From Chitinophagales bacterium (GTDB lineage Bacteria > Bacteroidota > Bacteroidia > Chitinophagales > JANQFB01): a stretch of DNA of 64,000 nucleotides. The notes under the pieces are model-generated. The model had not been told where the DNA came from and searched no databases. It saw nothing but the letters and a program-made list of their open reading frames with translations. Shown here one piece after another: positions 25,783-35,692 of the stretch (its first letter is position 1; each line of letters opens with the position of its first letter). The translations under genes were made by a program, and so were the position numbers. The stretch is taken from contig JANQFB010000055.1 in the NCBI GenBank assembly GCA_028278085.1, positions 3,806-67,805 of the forward strand, written 5' to 3'.

Positions 25783-26544
25783 TTAATACTCATCCACCGG
25801 CCTTTCCGGCTTTACCATCGGTACAAAGCGTACCGGGATCACATCTTCGGACTCGAAGCCGGTTTCCAGTTTTCGGATCAGCTTTAATTCCTGGTATCTT
25901 TTTCCAACAGGTATAACCAGGAGGCCGCCGGGTTTCAACTGATCGACCAGTGCCGCGGGCACCTGCTCGGGAGCAGCAGTAACGATGATCTTATCGAAAG
26001 GAGCGAATTCCGGCCATCCTTTATAGCCGTCGCCCCATTTTACCCGGATGTTTCGGTAGCCCAGTGATCGAAGGGTGGAAGATGCCGAATCTGCCAATGC
26101 CTTGATGAGCTCCACGAAATACACACTATCGGCAAGCATCGACAATACGGCGGCCTGGTAGCCCGAACCGGTGCCGATCTCCAATACCTTATCATCTTCG
26201 CGGATCTCCAGCAGGTCGGTCATTAAAGCCACGATATAGGGTTGGGATATGGTCTGCTGTTCCGCGATCGGTAAGGGATGATCATCGTAGGCCTGGCTTC
26301 TGAACAATTTGGGCACAAAAACATGCCTCGGGACGTTACGCATGGCGTCCAATACCTTTTTATCGTCTATTCCCCTGGATTCGATCTGCTGCTTCACCAT
26401 GACCTTCGCCTTTTCCTTCCAAACCTGATCACTTTTGGGTTCCGTTTGGCCGATCATTCCCTGGCCATAGAGAGATGTGCTGTAAAGCATGCTTCCCGGA
26501 ACCAGGAAGATAGCCATCAAAAGACGAGAGCGGTATTTGGGCAT
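25783..26544 (-). CDS. pcm: Protein-L-isoaspartate O-methyltransferase
   Basis: Contains 'TISQPYIVALMTDLL', 'VLEIGTGSGYQAAVL' and 'LKPGGLLVIPVG'. The longest ORF adds a hydrophobic N-terminal extension. Confidence 0.85.
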   Translation of the reverse strand: MPKYRSRLLMAIFLVPGSMLYSTSLYGQGMIGQTEPKSDQVWKEKAKVMVKQQIESRGIDDKKVLDAMRNVPRHVFVPKLFRSQAYDDHPLPIAEQQTISQPYIVALMTDLLEIREDDKVLEIGTGSGYQAAVLSMLADSVYFVELIKALADSASSTLRSLGYRNIRVKWGDGYKGWPEFAPFDKIIVTAAPEQVPAALVDQLKPGGLLVIPVGKRYQELKLIRKLETGFESEDVIPVRFVPMVKPERPVDEY

Positions 26545-26560
26545 GGATCCGATGATTCAG

Positions 26561-27283
26561 TTACCGTAAAGTTATCGATTCAACCATGGTTTCGGCACTG
26601 CCCAGGTCAAAATATTCCATTCGGGCCATTTGATCGTCCAGTACCAGGGAGGTAATACTCAAAGTAAATAACTGGTGTTCGTTGTCTTCACTCCCTTGAA
26701 CAGCCCGGTGGTCATATTTTTCCTGCTGATGGAAATTTAAGGCATGTCCGACCGGATCGGAATTTGCCTTTTCCATCCATTGATAAAATCGCGCTTCCCT
26801 GGCGGTGATCAGCTCGGGAGGATACAGTTTTGCCGCCGACCATATCCTCGGGCCAGCTAAGGGCAGCGATTTCAGGTAACGATCTTTGCCGTCCCACCGG
26901 ATCTCCAGGAGCTTGGGTAAACGGACATGCTCCAGGATAACCAACGTAAAGGGCTCGATATTTTCCAGGTCATAGGCCTCAAAATACTGCCGTGGGTCTT
27001 CCGACAATAGCGCATCGATCACCACCAAACCACGACTTTTTCGATAGGGCGGCCTGTGTTCATGGGCCACAAAAGCCCCGTTCAGCAAGCAAACGCTCCG
27101 GCCACTCTCTGTGGTGCCCAGCCAAGTACCCCCACCTAAAGGATCCACAGGCATCAACAGGCTAATGCCGTCAAAATTCCGTACTTGGGGATTGCCGGCC
27201 TTTGGTCGCAAAGCGCTTTCATCACGGTTGGAAGTCATTACAAACCGTTCGCTTTCCAGGGGAATAATGGTCAGTACACACAT
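26561..27283 (-). CDS. NRDE-family (TANGO2-like) protein
   Basis: N-terminal 'MCVLT...TSNRDE' is the family signature. Length 240 aa. Confidence 0.7.
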   Translation of the reverse strand: MCVLTIIPLESERFVMTSNRDESALRPKAGNPQVRNFDGISLLMPVDPLGGGTWLGTTESGRSVCLLNGAFVAHEHRPPYRKSRGLVVIDALLSEDPRQYFEAYDLENIEPFTLVILEHVRLPKLLEIRWDGKDRYLKSLPLAGPRIWSAAKLYPPELITAREARFYQWMEKANSDPVGHALNFHQQEKYDHRAVQGSEDNEHQLFTLSITSLVLDDQMARMEYFDLGSAETMVESITLR

Positions 27284-27348
27284 GGTAATAGGGGTTCGGG
27301 ATAAATGATCCTGTCAATTTGAACAAAAGTTAAGAAATTTGTGCTACA

Positions 27349-28134
27349 ATGAAACCTGTCATTTTATTAGTAAGCCTGATGCTTGCCGGAAGCCTGTTCA
27401 CCGCCTGTCAGATGGGAGGGAACCAAGGGTCCGGTAAAAATGAGCTGGTCGTTGTGGCATCCATACATCAACGGCATTTACGGTTCAAAACTTACAGCCT
27501 GGATATCTTAAAGGCCTTGATCCGGGAGATCGATCCGGACATTGTGCTTGCCGAGATCCCACCCGACCGCCATGAGCAGGCCATAGAGCAATTTCTGGCT
27601 GACGGTAAAGTGAAAGATAAGCGAGTGGCCAATCTGCCCGAGATCAGCAAAGCATTGCTTCCTTTGTCGCAGGAAATGGATTTTGAGATCATTCCGGTTT
27701 CGGCATGGACGGCAGAAATGGCGGAACAAAGAACCCGTCAGATGCAAGCCTTCCGTAAAGATTCGGCTTTCCGCGATCGGTTCAAATTAATGACAAATGC
27801 CCGGAAAAGATCTGACGCTGCACTCAAAGCCGGGGGTACCTTGGGTGAACCCTTGTATATCCATTCGGATACCTATGATCAGGCGGTCGGTATCTGGACC
27901 CATACCTATAACGAACACTTCAACGACTTGCTGGGCGCCGGTGGCTGGGACAATATCAACCAGGCCCATTATGCTTATATCTCAAAAGCATTGGAACAAC
28001 ATAAAGACCAGGGCAAGCGGATCTTATTGCTGTTTGGCGCCGCCCATAAAGGCTGGTTCCTGGAAAAGCTGAAAAACCGGGATGATATCACGCTGCTAGC
28101 GGTCGAACCTTTCCTAAAAAAGGTGGTCGAGTAG
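27349..28134 (+). CDS. Lipoprotein of unknown function (possibly TraB/GumN-like)
   Basis: Lipobox 'GSLFTAC'. 'VVVASIHQRH' and the late 'LLLFGAAHKGW' resemble the TraB/GumN superfamily. This assignment is tentative. Confidence 0.4.
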   Translation: MKPVILLVSLMLAGSLFTACQMGGNQGSGKNELVVVASIHQRHLRFKTYSLDILKALIREIDPDIVLAEIPPDRHEQAIEQFLADGKVKDKRVANLPEISKALLPLSQEMDFEIIPVSAWTAEMAEQRTRQMQAFRKDSAFRDRFKLMTNARKRSDAALKAGGTLGEPLYIHSDTYDQAVGIWTHTYNEHFNDLLGAGGWDNINQAHYAYISKALEQHKDQGKRILLLFGAAHKGWFLEKLKNRDDITLLAVEPFLKKVVE

Positions 28135-28186
28135 GTTTTTCGGAACAAATATTGGAGGAAACGCCCAGGATGATTAAATTCGGTAG

Positions 28187-30016
28187 ATGTTGCATTGGTA
28201 TGTTTGTACTTTCCTGTTCATGCTGGTGTGTTGGGTATTTCCCGTCAAAAAAGTCAGCGCCCAGGTAGTCGACATCCGGGTCGATGCCGGACAAATTGCC
28301 GGTGAGCTGGCCCCGATATGGGGCGACCACTACGATCTCTCCGTGATCCACAGCCTCACCAATTATCCTGCCGATCTTGCCTTCCAGCAGCAGGTTTCCG
28401 GTATTAACCCCCGGTATTGGCGTTGTTCCGTAGGCCGTTGGGAAGTCGGGTTTACCGCCCCGGCCGGTGGAATTGACCCGGATACGGCTGTTCTCAGGCA
28501 AATGGAAAGAGAATTCTACCGCGGGGCAAATAATTTAAACGCTGCGGATGATCCGGCCAATTATCATTTTGCCTATTTGGATAGTCAACTAAATGCTATT
28601 CTTAAAACCGGAGCCATTCCGTTGCCCTGTTTCGACTATATGCCCTTCACCCTGAGCAGTATCAAAGATCCCGGTAATGCTTTCAATTATTCGGCCAATC
28701 CCACCTATACTTTTTCAAACGGTATCCGAACCAGCCCTCCGGCCGATCCGGCAGTATACGCCCGGGTAGTACGGAATACCATCCGGCATACCAAAGGACT
28801 ATTTGCAGGTACAAAAGACTATGGGATCACCTATGTCGAGATCGGTAATGAACCGGACCTGCCGCCCGCCCCGGAATTGATCTTCTGGACCGGTACAAGC
28901 CTCGATTTTTATAACATGTATGCTGCCATTGCCCAAGAGATCGATGGTGATACTGACCTCAACCAGGCTATTCAACTCGGAGGAGGCTCCTTTGCCTTTT
29001 TCCTGCAGCAGACCGTATTCACGGCAGATTTCCTGGCCCTGGTTGCCGCCAATAGCACCCGGCTCGATTTCTTATCCTACCATTCTTATCATGATGATCC
29101 GGGAGGACACTTTGCCGCCATGCAGGCGATACATGGACTGAGGAACACCTTTGCTCCCCAAGCCATACTGGTCAACGGTGAATGGGGCCGCGTACTGGAT
29201 GGTCCGGACCCCGTATATGACCGGATTGAACACGGCTTGCTCAAAGCAAAAACCATGATCCTGATGCAATTATTCGGGATAAAGATCGCCAATGAAGCCC
29301 TGCTGATCGATCCCCCGGGAGATAATAATCTCGGCTTATTTTCCTCCGGGCCGATTGCCGGCAAACCGGTTACGGATGTTTATAAAGGCCTTAATAAGTT
29401 AAATAACTGTTTGAATGCCCTGCCTATCACCACCACACCACCCGATAATGAATATACCATTGCCGGTATGGATAATGCCAACGAGCGGATCTGCGTGATC
29501 TATATAGGTGATGATCCCGGAATCGGCCAAACCAAAACGGTTCAAATGCAGGTATCGAATTTACCCTGGTCCTCTTATTATGCCTACCGGTACGAAGTGT
29601 CAGAAGAAAGCTGGTCGGGTCAGCAGGGTGTCTGGCTGAAGAAAACCGATACCCTGACGGGTAATACCTTTAATGAAACCGTCAGCTACGGCCCGGGGCC
29701 GGGGAATGGGCAGCTTTTGATCTGGGAGTTGTCGAGCAAGCCTGTTACAGCCAACACATCGTTTAAACCAAAGCCGGGTTGGAAGATCATCCCACAAAAA
29801 GAGCAGCATAGGCTAATGGTCACCTGGAAAAACCTCAACACTTCCACCAGTACCGTTAGCTTGCTCAATACAGCCGGTCAACAGCTCCTGACACAACAAC
29901 TTAATGGTACATCAGGTTCATACCCAATAGACATCAGCGGTATAGCGCCGGGTACTTATGTGGTGGTGGTGCAATCCGGCCATGAAAGGGATGCACAAAA
30001 GATCGTTCTCCATTAA
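28187..30016 (+). CDS. Clan GH-A-like glycoside hydrolase with T9SS type-A sorting domain
   Basis: Signal peptide, then 'YVEIGNEPDL' (acid/base Glu context) and 'ILVNGEWG'. The C-terminal tail is 'VSLLNTAGQQLL...GIAPGTYVVVVQSG'. Confidence 0.55.
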   Translation: MLHWYVCTFLFMLVCWVFPVKKVSAQVVDIRVDAGQIAGELAPIWGDHYDLSVIHSLTNYPADLAFQQQVSGINPRYWRCSVGRWEVGFTAPAGGIDPDTAVLRQMEREFYRGANNLNAADDPANYHFAYLDSQLNAILKTGAIPLPCFDYMPFTLSSIKDPGNAFNYSANPTYTFSNGIRTSPPADPAVYARVVRNTIRHTKGLFAGTKDYGITYVEIGNEPDLPPAPELIFWTGTSLDFYNMYAAIAQEIDGDTDLNQAIQLGGGSFAFFLQQTVFTADFLALVAANSTRLDFLSYHSYHDDPGGHFAAMQAIHGLRNTFAPQAILVNGEWGRVLDGPDPVYDRIEHGLLKAKTMILMQLFGIKIANEALLIDPPGDNNLGLFSSGPIAGKPVTDVYKGLNKLNNCLNALPITTTPPDNEYTIAGMDNANERICVIYIGDDPGIGQTKTVQMQVSNLPWSSYYAYRYEVSEESWSGQQGVWLKKTDTLTGNTFNETVSYGPGPGNGQLLIWELSSKPVTANTSFKPKPGWKIIPQKEQHRLMVTWKNLNTSTSTVSLLNTAGQQLLTQQLNGTSGSYPIDISGIAPGTYVVVVQSGHERDAQKIVLH

Positions 30017-30079
30017 TTTTAACGATCTTTGCCGACATTTTTGATGGATCCTTAATGCCGGCTAACCTGTAATATAATT

Positions 30080-30880
30080 ATGACCAAACCTATCATCGCC
30101 ATCCTTGGTGCCGGGAATATCGGGCAATCGATCGCCAGGGGGCTCCTGGAAAGCAAGGCTTTTCAGGCGGAACAACTGATCCTGACCAAAAGAAGGATTG
30201 GACAACTGGCGGATTTCAAAGCGCTGGGTGTTCGCATCCTCGACAATAATCCCCAGGCTGTGTCGGCCGCCGACATCATCATTTTAGCGTTTAAACCCCA
30301 TAAGATCAAAGCGGTACTCACGGAGATCGACCCCTATTTGAAGGAAGACAGGCATGTGCTGGTTTCCGTGGCTACCGGGGTGTTTCTACATGAGATCAGA
30401 GACATATTATCCGATGAAGTGGCCGTGTTCCGGGCAATGCCCAATACAGCCATCGCCGTCCGGGAGTCCATGACCTGTATTTGCGGGGAAAATGCTAACG
30501 GCGGCCAGGAACAAATGATCATCGACCTGTTTAACCAACTGGGCATCGCCATTAAGATCGAGGAAGAACATATGGATGCAGCTACGGTGCTGGCTGCCTG
30601 CGGTATTGCTTATGCCCTGCGCTTTGTTCGCGCCAATATGCAGGGTGGTATCGAGATCGGATTCGATGCGACAGATGCCCTGAACATCGCCAGCCAAACC
30701 GTGAAAGGAGCCGCTGCACTGCTGATCGAAGGCCATCAACACCCGGAAGACGAGATCGATAAAGTAACCACTCCGCAGGGATGCACCATTGCCGGCCTGA
30801 ATGAAATGGAGCACCGGGGTTTCAGCTCTTCCCTGATCAAAGGTATTGCGGCATCTTTTCAAAAAATCAGATCCTCCTGA
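30080..30880 (+). CDS. proC: Pyrroline-5-carboxylate reductase
   Basis: Contains the NAD(P) fold 'IAILGAGNIGQSIARGL', plus 'RAMPNTAIAVRESMT' and 'VTTPQGCTIAGL'. Confidence 0.9.
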   Translation: MTKPIIAILGAGNIGQSIARGLLESKAFQAEQLILTKRRIGQLADFKALGVRILDNNPQAVSAADIIILAFKPHKIKAVLTEIDPYLKEDRHVLVSVATGVFLHEIRDILSDEVAVFRAMPNTAIAVRESMTCICGENANGGQEQMIIDLFNQLGIAIKIEEEHMDAATVLAACGIAYALRFVRANMQGGIEIGFDATDALNIASQTVKGAAALLIEGHQHPEDEIDKVTTPQGCTIAGLNEMEHRGFSSSLIKGIAASFQKIRSS

Positions 30881-31524
30881 GTACCGTCCATCATATCGTT
30901 GTCCGAAAAACCGCGCGCTACTTTACCTCGGGTAATTTATCGGCTAATCATGTCTGGTTCGTTTGCCATGGTTATCGCCAGTCGGCGGAACATTTTCTGA
31001 AGAAATTCGAGGCCCTCGATCCGGGATCCCACTGCGTCATTGCCCCGGAGGGATTGCATCGTTTTTATGTGAAAGGCTACTCCGGGCATGTCGGCGCCTC
31101 CTGGATGACCAAGGAAGACCGGCTAAATGATATCCAGGATTATGTCTATTACCTGGACCAGGTATACCGGGAAGTATTCAGCAACCGGGATCCTCAAAAG
31201 GCCAGGATCCATATATTGGGATTTTCACAGGGAGTGGCAACCGTCAGCCGATGGATGCGCCAAGGCCAGGTAAAGGCCAATAGTCTGATCCTGTGGTCAG
31301 GCTTGTTCCCGCCAGATATGGACTTTGAGATCGACCGGGAAAAGCTATCCGGCATGGCTATTAAATTGATCTGCGGTACAAAAGATGAGTTCATCGATCC
31401 GGCCCAATTGCAGGAGCAAGCCAAAAAGATCGAACAAGCCGGATTACCCTATGACATGAAATTCTTCGAGGGCAATCATGATATCCAAGCCAACGCCTTG
31501 TTGCAACTGGCCGGGGAACTCTAA
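30877..31524 (+). CDS. Alpha/beta-hydrolase (predicted esterase); start codon non-canonical or lost
   Basis: The frame is open from 30805. The conserved-looking N-terminal region 'HHIVVRKTARYFTSGNLSANHVWFVCHGYRQSAEHF' lies upstream of the first canonical start (TTG at 31054). 'ILGFSQGV' is the nucleophile elbow. The only plausible initiator is the CTG at 30877, which overlaps the proC stop. Confidence 0.55.
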   Translation: MSTVHHIVVRKTARYFTSGNLSANHVWFVCHGYRQSAEHFLKKFEALDPGSHCVIAPEGLHRFYVKGYSGHVGASWMTKEDRLNDIQDYVYYLDQVYREVFSNRDPQKARIHILGFSQGVATVSRWMRQGQVKANSLILWSGLFPPDMDFEIDREKLSGMAIKLICGTKDEFIDPAQLQEQAKKIEQAGLPYDMKFFEGNHDIQANALLQLAGEL

Positions 31525-31573
31525 GTTTTTTCCGGGAGATCTAACAGAGCGCCTTAGGCTAAACCGGTCAAAC

Positions 31574-31933
31574 TTAACTATTGGGAGGGGTTTTAGTCAA
31601 TTCCTGCTTTACCCTGGCATCGAAATTGTTGCAAAAGTTTTTCATTTCTTCAATCGCAAAAGGACAACCGGTGGCATTTTCAAGGGTTTCCGCCCATGAC
31701 ATCATGCTTTGATAGAAGTGTACATACATTTCATCCACCTGCATCTCCTTGGTCCACAGGTTAATGTTCAGGGTATTTTTTTCTTCCGGATCCCACAAAT
31801 TGATCATCATGGTCTTGGTTTTTTTGTCTTCCTTGTGCTGGGAATCAGAAGCATACCAATGAATGGCTGAAGGCACATTCTGATCATTAAGCTGAATGGT
31901 AAATTTGATGCGAGATGTTTTGTCTTTACCCAT
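31574..31933 (-). CDS. gldC: Gliding motility protein GldC
   Basis: 119 aa. 'IKFTIQLNDQNVPSAIHWYASD ... INLWDPEEKNTLNINLWTKEMQVDEM' matches the GldC pattern I remember. Confidence 0.75.
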   Translation of the reverse strand: MGKDKTSRIKFTIQLNDQNVPSAIHWYASDSQHKEDKKTKTMMINLWDPEEKNTLNINLWTKEMQVDEMYVHFYQSMMSWAETLENATGCPFAIEEMKNFCNNFDARVKQELTKTPPNS

Positions 31934-32121
31934 TGTTACCTGGTTTTAACCGTTATCGATGGCGGCTCATTTCAACGCCGCGATGTTCGGGGATTGAAAG
32001 GAATGCCGGAGGTTGTGCAGCAAAAATACAATTATCGGTTTGATTTGAAAACCTTCCGGACACATGTAGAATTAAAAGGGTTTCCTTAAATTTATTAAGT
32101 CAAAACCCTACCCTATTATAA

Positions 32122-33150
32122 ATGCTGACCTCGGTACATCAGTGGATCATGTTATGCCTGTGTGTGGCTGCCTTATTAACCCCCTGGCGGTTAAATTCGA
32201 ACAATCCGGCTAAGATCAACGGGGTCAGTTTTGTCTCACCGCCGAAGCCATTTACAGCAGACCCCATCAAGCCGATATTAGCGGTTAACGGTAATTGGGT
32301 CGCCATCTCGCCTTTTGCCTATTGCAAGGCAGGCCAACCCAATATCATCTACAATTCTTCCCGGCAATGGTGGGGAGAACGGACTGAAGGAATTATAGAG
32401 ACCATCAAATTTGCCCGGAAAAACGGCTTGTTTATCATGTTGAAACCCCAGGTTTGGAATAACCAGGAGGGCTGGATGGGAACCTTCGACCTGCCGGATG
32501 AGGCATCCTGGAAAAAATGGGAACAGCAGTATGAAAATTATGTACTTCCCCTGGCCCGGGTGGCCGATTCCATGCAAGTGAATATCTTTTGCATCGGTAC
32601 GGAATTCAGGATTGCTGCCAGGCAGCGGCCCGACTTCTGGTGCGGACTGATCGACAAGGTCAGGCAGGTCTATTCCGGGAAACTGACTTATGCCTCGAAC
32701 TGGGATAACTTTCACCTCATCGGGTTCTGGGACGAACTGGACTTCATCGGTATCGATGCCTATTTCCCCCTGTCGTCCGAAAACACGCCGGCTGTCGACC
32801 AACTGAAATCCGCCTGGAAAGAACCTTACCGGTTGATCGATCAGATCCGTAAAAAATTCGACAGACCTGTTATCTTTACGGAATACGGCTACCGGAGCAT
32901 CAACAAAACGGCCGGTAAACAATGGGAGCTTGAAGACGACTGGCATTACCGGGGAAAAGGCAACCATACGGCCCAGTTCAATGCTTTCAAAGCTTTGTAC
33001 CAGGTTTTTTGGGATCAACCCTGGTTTGCAGGCGGTTTCATCTGGAAATGGTATCCGGATCATCATTCCGCAGGCGGATTGAACAATACGGATTATACCC
33101 CCCAAAACAAGCCGGTTGAAGAATTGATCCGGGAAGTGTACCAGCAATAA
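32122..33150 (+). CDS. TIM-barrel glycoside hydrolase (clan GH-A, GH113-like)
   Basis: Signal peptide. Candidate catalytic Glu contexts are 'FCIGTEF' and 'VIFTEYGYRS'. The family assignment is from memory only. Confidence 0.5.
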   Translation: MLTSVHQWIMLCLCVAALLTPWRLNSNNPAKINGVSFVSPPKPFTADPIKPILAVNGNWVAISPFAYCKAGQPNIIYNSSRQWWGERTEGIIETIKFARKNGLFIMLKPQVWNNQEGWMGTFDLPDEASWKKWEQQYENYVLPLARVADSMQVNIFCIGTEFRIAARQRPDFWCGLIDKVRQVYSGKLTYASNWDNFHLIGFWDELDFIGIDAYFPLSSENTPAVDQLKSAWKEPYRLIDQIRKKFDRPVIFTEYGYRSINKTAGKQWELEDDWHYRGKGNHTAQFNAFKALYQVFWDQPWFAGGFIWKWYPDHHSAGGLNNTDYTPQNKPVEELIREVYQQ

Positions 33151-33183
33151 CCAAATTTAATTCATCATCAAACAGTCACAGAT

Positions 33184-33846
33184 ATGTTGCAAAAATCAAC
33201 CATAAAATTCCTCAAAGACCTGAATGATAATAACAATCGCGAGTGGTTCAACGATCATAAAAAAGACTATGAAGCGGCCAGGGATAATTTCATCGAATTT
33301 GTCGATGAACAGATCGCAGGCATCGGCAAATTCGATCCTTCGATCAAAGGGCAGGAGGGCAAAAAGTGTATGTTCCGTATTTATCGCGACGTCAGGTTTT
33401 CGAAAGATAAAAGCCCCTACAAACCTCATTTTGGGGCCGTGATGACCCGGAATGGAAGGCAGGCCCACACGCCAGGTTATTATTTTCACCTGGAGCCGGG
33501 TGGAAAAACCGTTTTCGCCGGTGGCGCCTGGATGCCCCCGGCCGATAAGCTGGCAGCCATCCGCCAGGAGATCGATTACAATACCAAGGACTTCAAAAAG
33601 ATCCTTAACAACAAAACCTTCAAGGAGCTATTTGATAAATTGGATGAAACCGATATGCTCAAAACAGCGCCCAAAGGATATCCCAAAGATCATCCGGAGA
33701 TAGAGCTATTGCGGCATAGGAGTTTTGTGGTTTTCCACAGAGTCCCCGATAAGCAACTGACCACCCCCGACCTGCTCGACTATAGCTTAAAGGTTTTCAA
33801 AGCCATCAAACCCTTCGACGATTTCCTGATCGAGGCGATGGATTAG
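33184..33846 (+). CDS. DUF2461 (TIGR02453) family protein
   Basis: Contains 'FLKDLNDNNNREWFNDHKKDYE' and 'FRIYRDVRFSKDKSPYKPHFG', both characteristic of the family. Confidence 0.8.
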   Translation: MLQKSTIKFLKDLNDNNNREWFNDHKKDYEAARDNFIEFVDEQIAGIGKFDPSIKGQEGKKCMFRIYRDVRFSKDKSPYKPHFGAVMTRNGRQAHTPGYYFHLEPGGKTVFAGGAWMPPADKLAAIRQEIDYNTKDFKKILNNKTFKELFDKLDETDMLKTAPKGYPKDHPEIELLRHRSFVVFHRVPDKQLTTPDLLDYSLKVFKAIKPFDDFLIEAMD

Positions 33847-33850
33847 TGGG

Positions 33851-35680
33851 TTAGGATAACACATCCACCTCTTCCCGCTGAACATGGATGGGTTGGTTCA
33901 GGACGTCGCCGTTGTAGCGGCCTTTTTCAGGACCATTTTCAAGGCTGAGGACGCCTCTGGGGCATACGGCCGAACAAATACCACAACCGACGCAGGAGGA
34001 GCGGATGATATTCTGGCCCCGCTGGGCATACCAGCGGACGTCGATGCCCATTTCACAATAAGCAGAGCAGTTCCCGCAAGATATACATTGTCCTTTGTTC
34101 ACCGTGATCCGGAAGCGGGATCTGAACTTCTGAACCAGCCCCAGGTAAGCTGCCAAAGGGCATCCGAACCGGCACCATACCCGGTTGCCCATGAGGGGGT
34201 AAAACCCGGTGCCGACCACTCCGGCAAAAGCAGATCCGATCAGGAAACCATAGGCTTTTTGGATCGAAACCGTTTCGATTCCCATCACTGTCCAGGAGCC
34301 GGAAAAGAAAGTATAAAGCGTTAGCCCCGTCATTAACACGGCAAAAACCAGCACACTGTGGATCAACCACCGTTCGACCTTCCAGGCGTTCAACGATTTA
34401 TCCGACAATTGCCGGTAGGGGTCACCCAGGGTTTCGGCCAGTCCCCCGCAACCACATACCCAGGAGCAATACCAGCGCTTGCCATAAAAATAAACCAGCA
34501 CCGGTACACCGACAATGATGAGCGCTATACCCCAGACCAACATCAGGAAGCCGACCCTCCCACCGTTGATCACGGCCACACCCTCCTGCTGCATGCCGTC
34601 ATAGTTCAGGAGCCACCCGTTAAAAAAGAAATCATAATCCAGCGGCCAGATATTCTTCAGGTCCATATAGGGTTGATTCAGCCGGACAAGGATCTCGGGG
34701 ATCAAAAAAGCGAAGGCAACCTGGAAAAAGATCACCGATACGGTCCGGATCATTTGATAATTGCTGTGCCGGTATTTAATGATCATCCGTATGCCCATAA
34801 CCACCATAGCCAGGCAATACATAAACCCATATAAAAACCATTGACTGGCCGGATTACCGCTGATCGATAGACTCACCCCATCCAGTAACAATACCCAATT
34901 GGTGATATATTCCGGCCACCAGTAGAGCAAAATATAAAAGCCGATAAGGAAGCCGCCGGTGATCATACCGATCCATCCCCGGTTGGTAGAAGCATGCTGG
35001 AATATGTGGTTGTTCTTAATGCCGGGAGGTCCTTCTTTGATGCCCGGAAGGATATATAATAAAGCGCCCAGGCAGCTCCCGAGAAAACAAATGATCGCCA
35101 GCAACAACCGCTGATCTTTGATGATACCGATCGTCGAGGCTTTGGTTAAGCTGAACTTCAGGTCCTTGATCGCTGGGTCGGGAAACCCTTTATCCGCGAT
35201 CAGTTGCCGGTTGATCGCCGGAACTTTGGTATTCAGGTCGGCCAGGAAAGCATCTTTATCGGCATATTCGCGGCCAAACATCCAACCCGTATGGTCAAAC
35301 AAGGCCTTTTTCTTAAAAGCATGAGGAGCTGTCGGCCCGGGGAAAGCCTGAGCCAAAATCGATTCGGAATAATTGACCGCGCCGGAGCTTGTCGCCAGGT
35401 CTCCGATCCGTTGCACATCTGTATCCGTAATCCCCAGATCCGCCACGATCCGGCTGTTGGCGGCCGAAAATGTTTTGTCCAGGGCAGCGGTAAACGCAAA
35501 TTGGTTGCCAAATTCATGGTCGATCAACTGTTGTTCGGCAGCAAAAAAGTATTCCACCGATTCCGGCGAATAAAAAGTTTGCTGAACCAGGTCATGCGTT
35601 AACCGGTAATTACCCAGGCTCAGGCTAACCAGGAAAACGGTTAACGAACAAAGAAATATGATAAGACCTGCCTTCCTCAT
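33851..35680 (-). CDS. Polytopic membrane 4Fe-4S (polyferredoxin, NapH/FixG-like) protein
   Basis: Multiple TM segments. Cys clusters are 'CSWVCGCGG', 'CRFGCP', 'CISCGNCSAYC' and 'CVGCGICSAVCP'. Confidence 0.75.
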   Translation of the reverse strand: MRKAGLIIFLCSLTVFLVSLSLGNYRLTHDLVQQTFYSPESVEYFFAAEQQLIDHEFGNQFAFTAALDKTFSAANSRIVADLGITDTDVQRIGDLATSSGAVNYSESILAQAFPGPTAPHAFKKKALFDHTGWMFGREYADKDAFLADLNTKVPAINRQLIADKGFPDPAIKDLKFSLTKASTIGIIKDQRLLLAIICFLGSCLGALLYILPGIKEGPPGIKNNHIFQHASTNRGWIGMITGGFLIGFYILLYWWPEYITNWVLLLDGVSLSISGNPASQWFLYGFMYCLAMVVMGIRMIIKYRHSNYQMIRTVSVIFFQVAFAFLIPEILVRLNQPYMDLKNIWPLDYDFFFNGWLLNYDGMQQEGVAVINGGRVGFLMLVWGIALIIVGVPVLVYFYGKRWYCSWVCGCGGLAETLGDPYRQLSDKSLNAWKVERWLIHSVLVFAVLMTGLTLYTFFSGSWTVMGIETVSIQKAYGFLIGSAFAGVVGTGFYPLMGNRVWCRFGCPLAAYLGLVQKFRSRFRITVNKGQCISCGNCSAYCEMGIDVRWYAQRGQNIIRSSCVGCGICSAVCPRGVLSLENGPEKGRYNGDVLNQPIHVQREEVDVLS

Positions 35681-35692
35681 GTGATTGAACCC

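Noticed and set aside
25728-25916. A 62-aa plus-strand ORF downstream of the amidinotransferase gene.
   Set aside because: It overlaps the well-supported 3' end of pcm on the opposite strand and has no motifs.
32278-33147. A 289-aa minus-strand ORF covering almost the whole glycoside hydrolase gene.
   Set aside because: The plus-strand frame has a signal peptide and GH-A catalytic Glu contexts. The antisense translation is Arg/Pro/Gly-rich with no recognisable motif.
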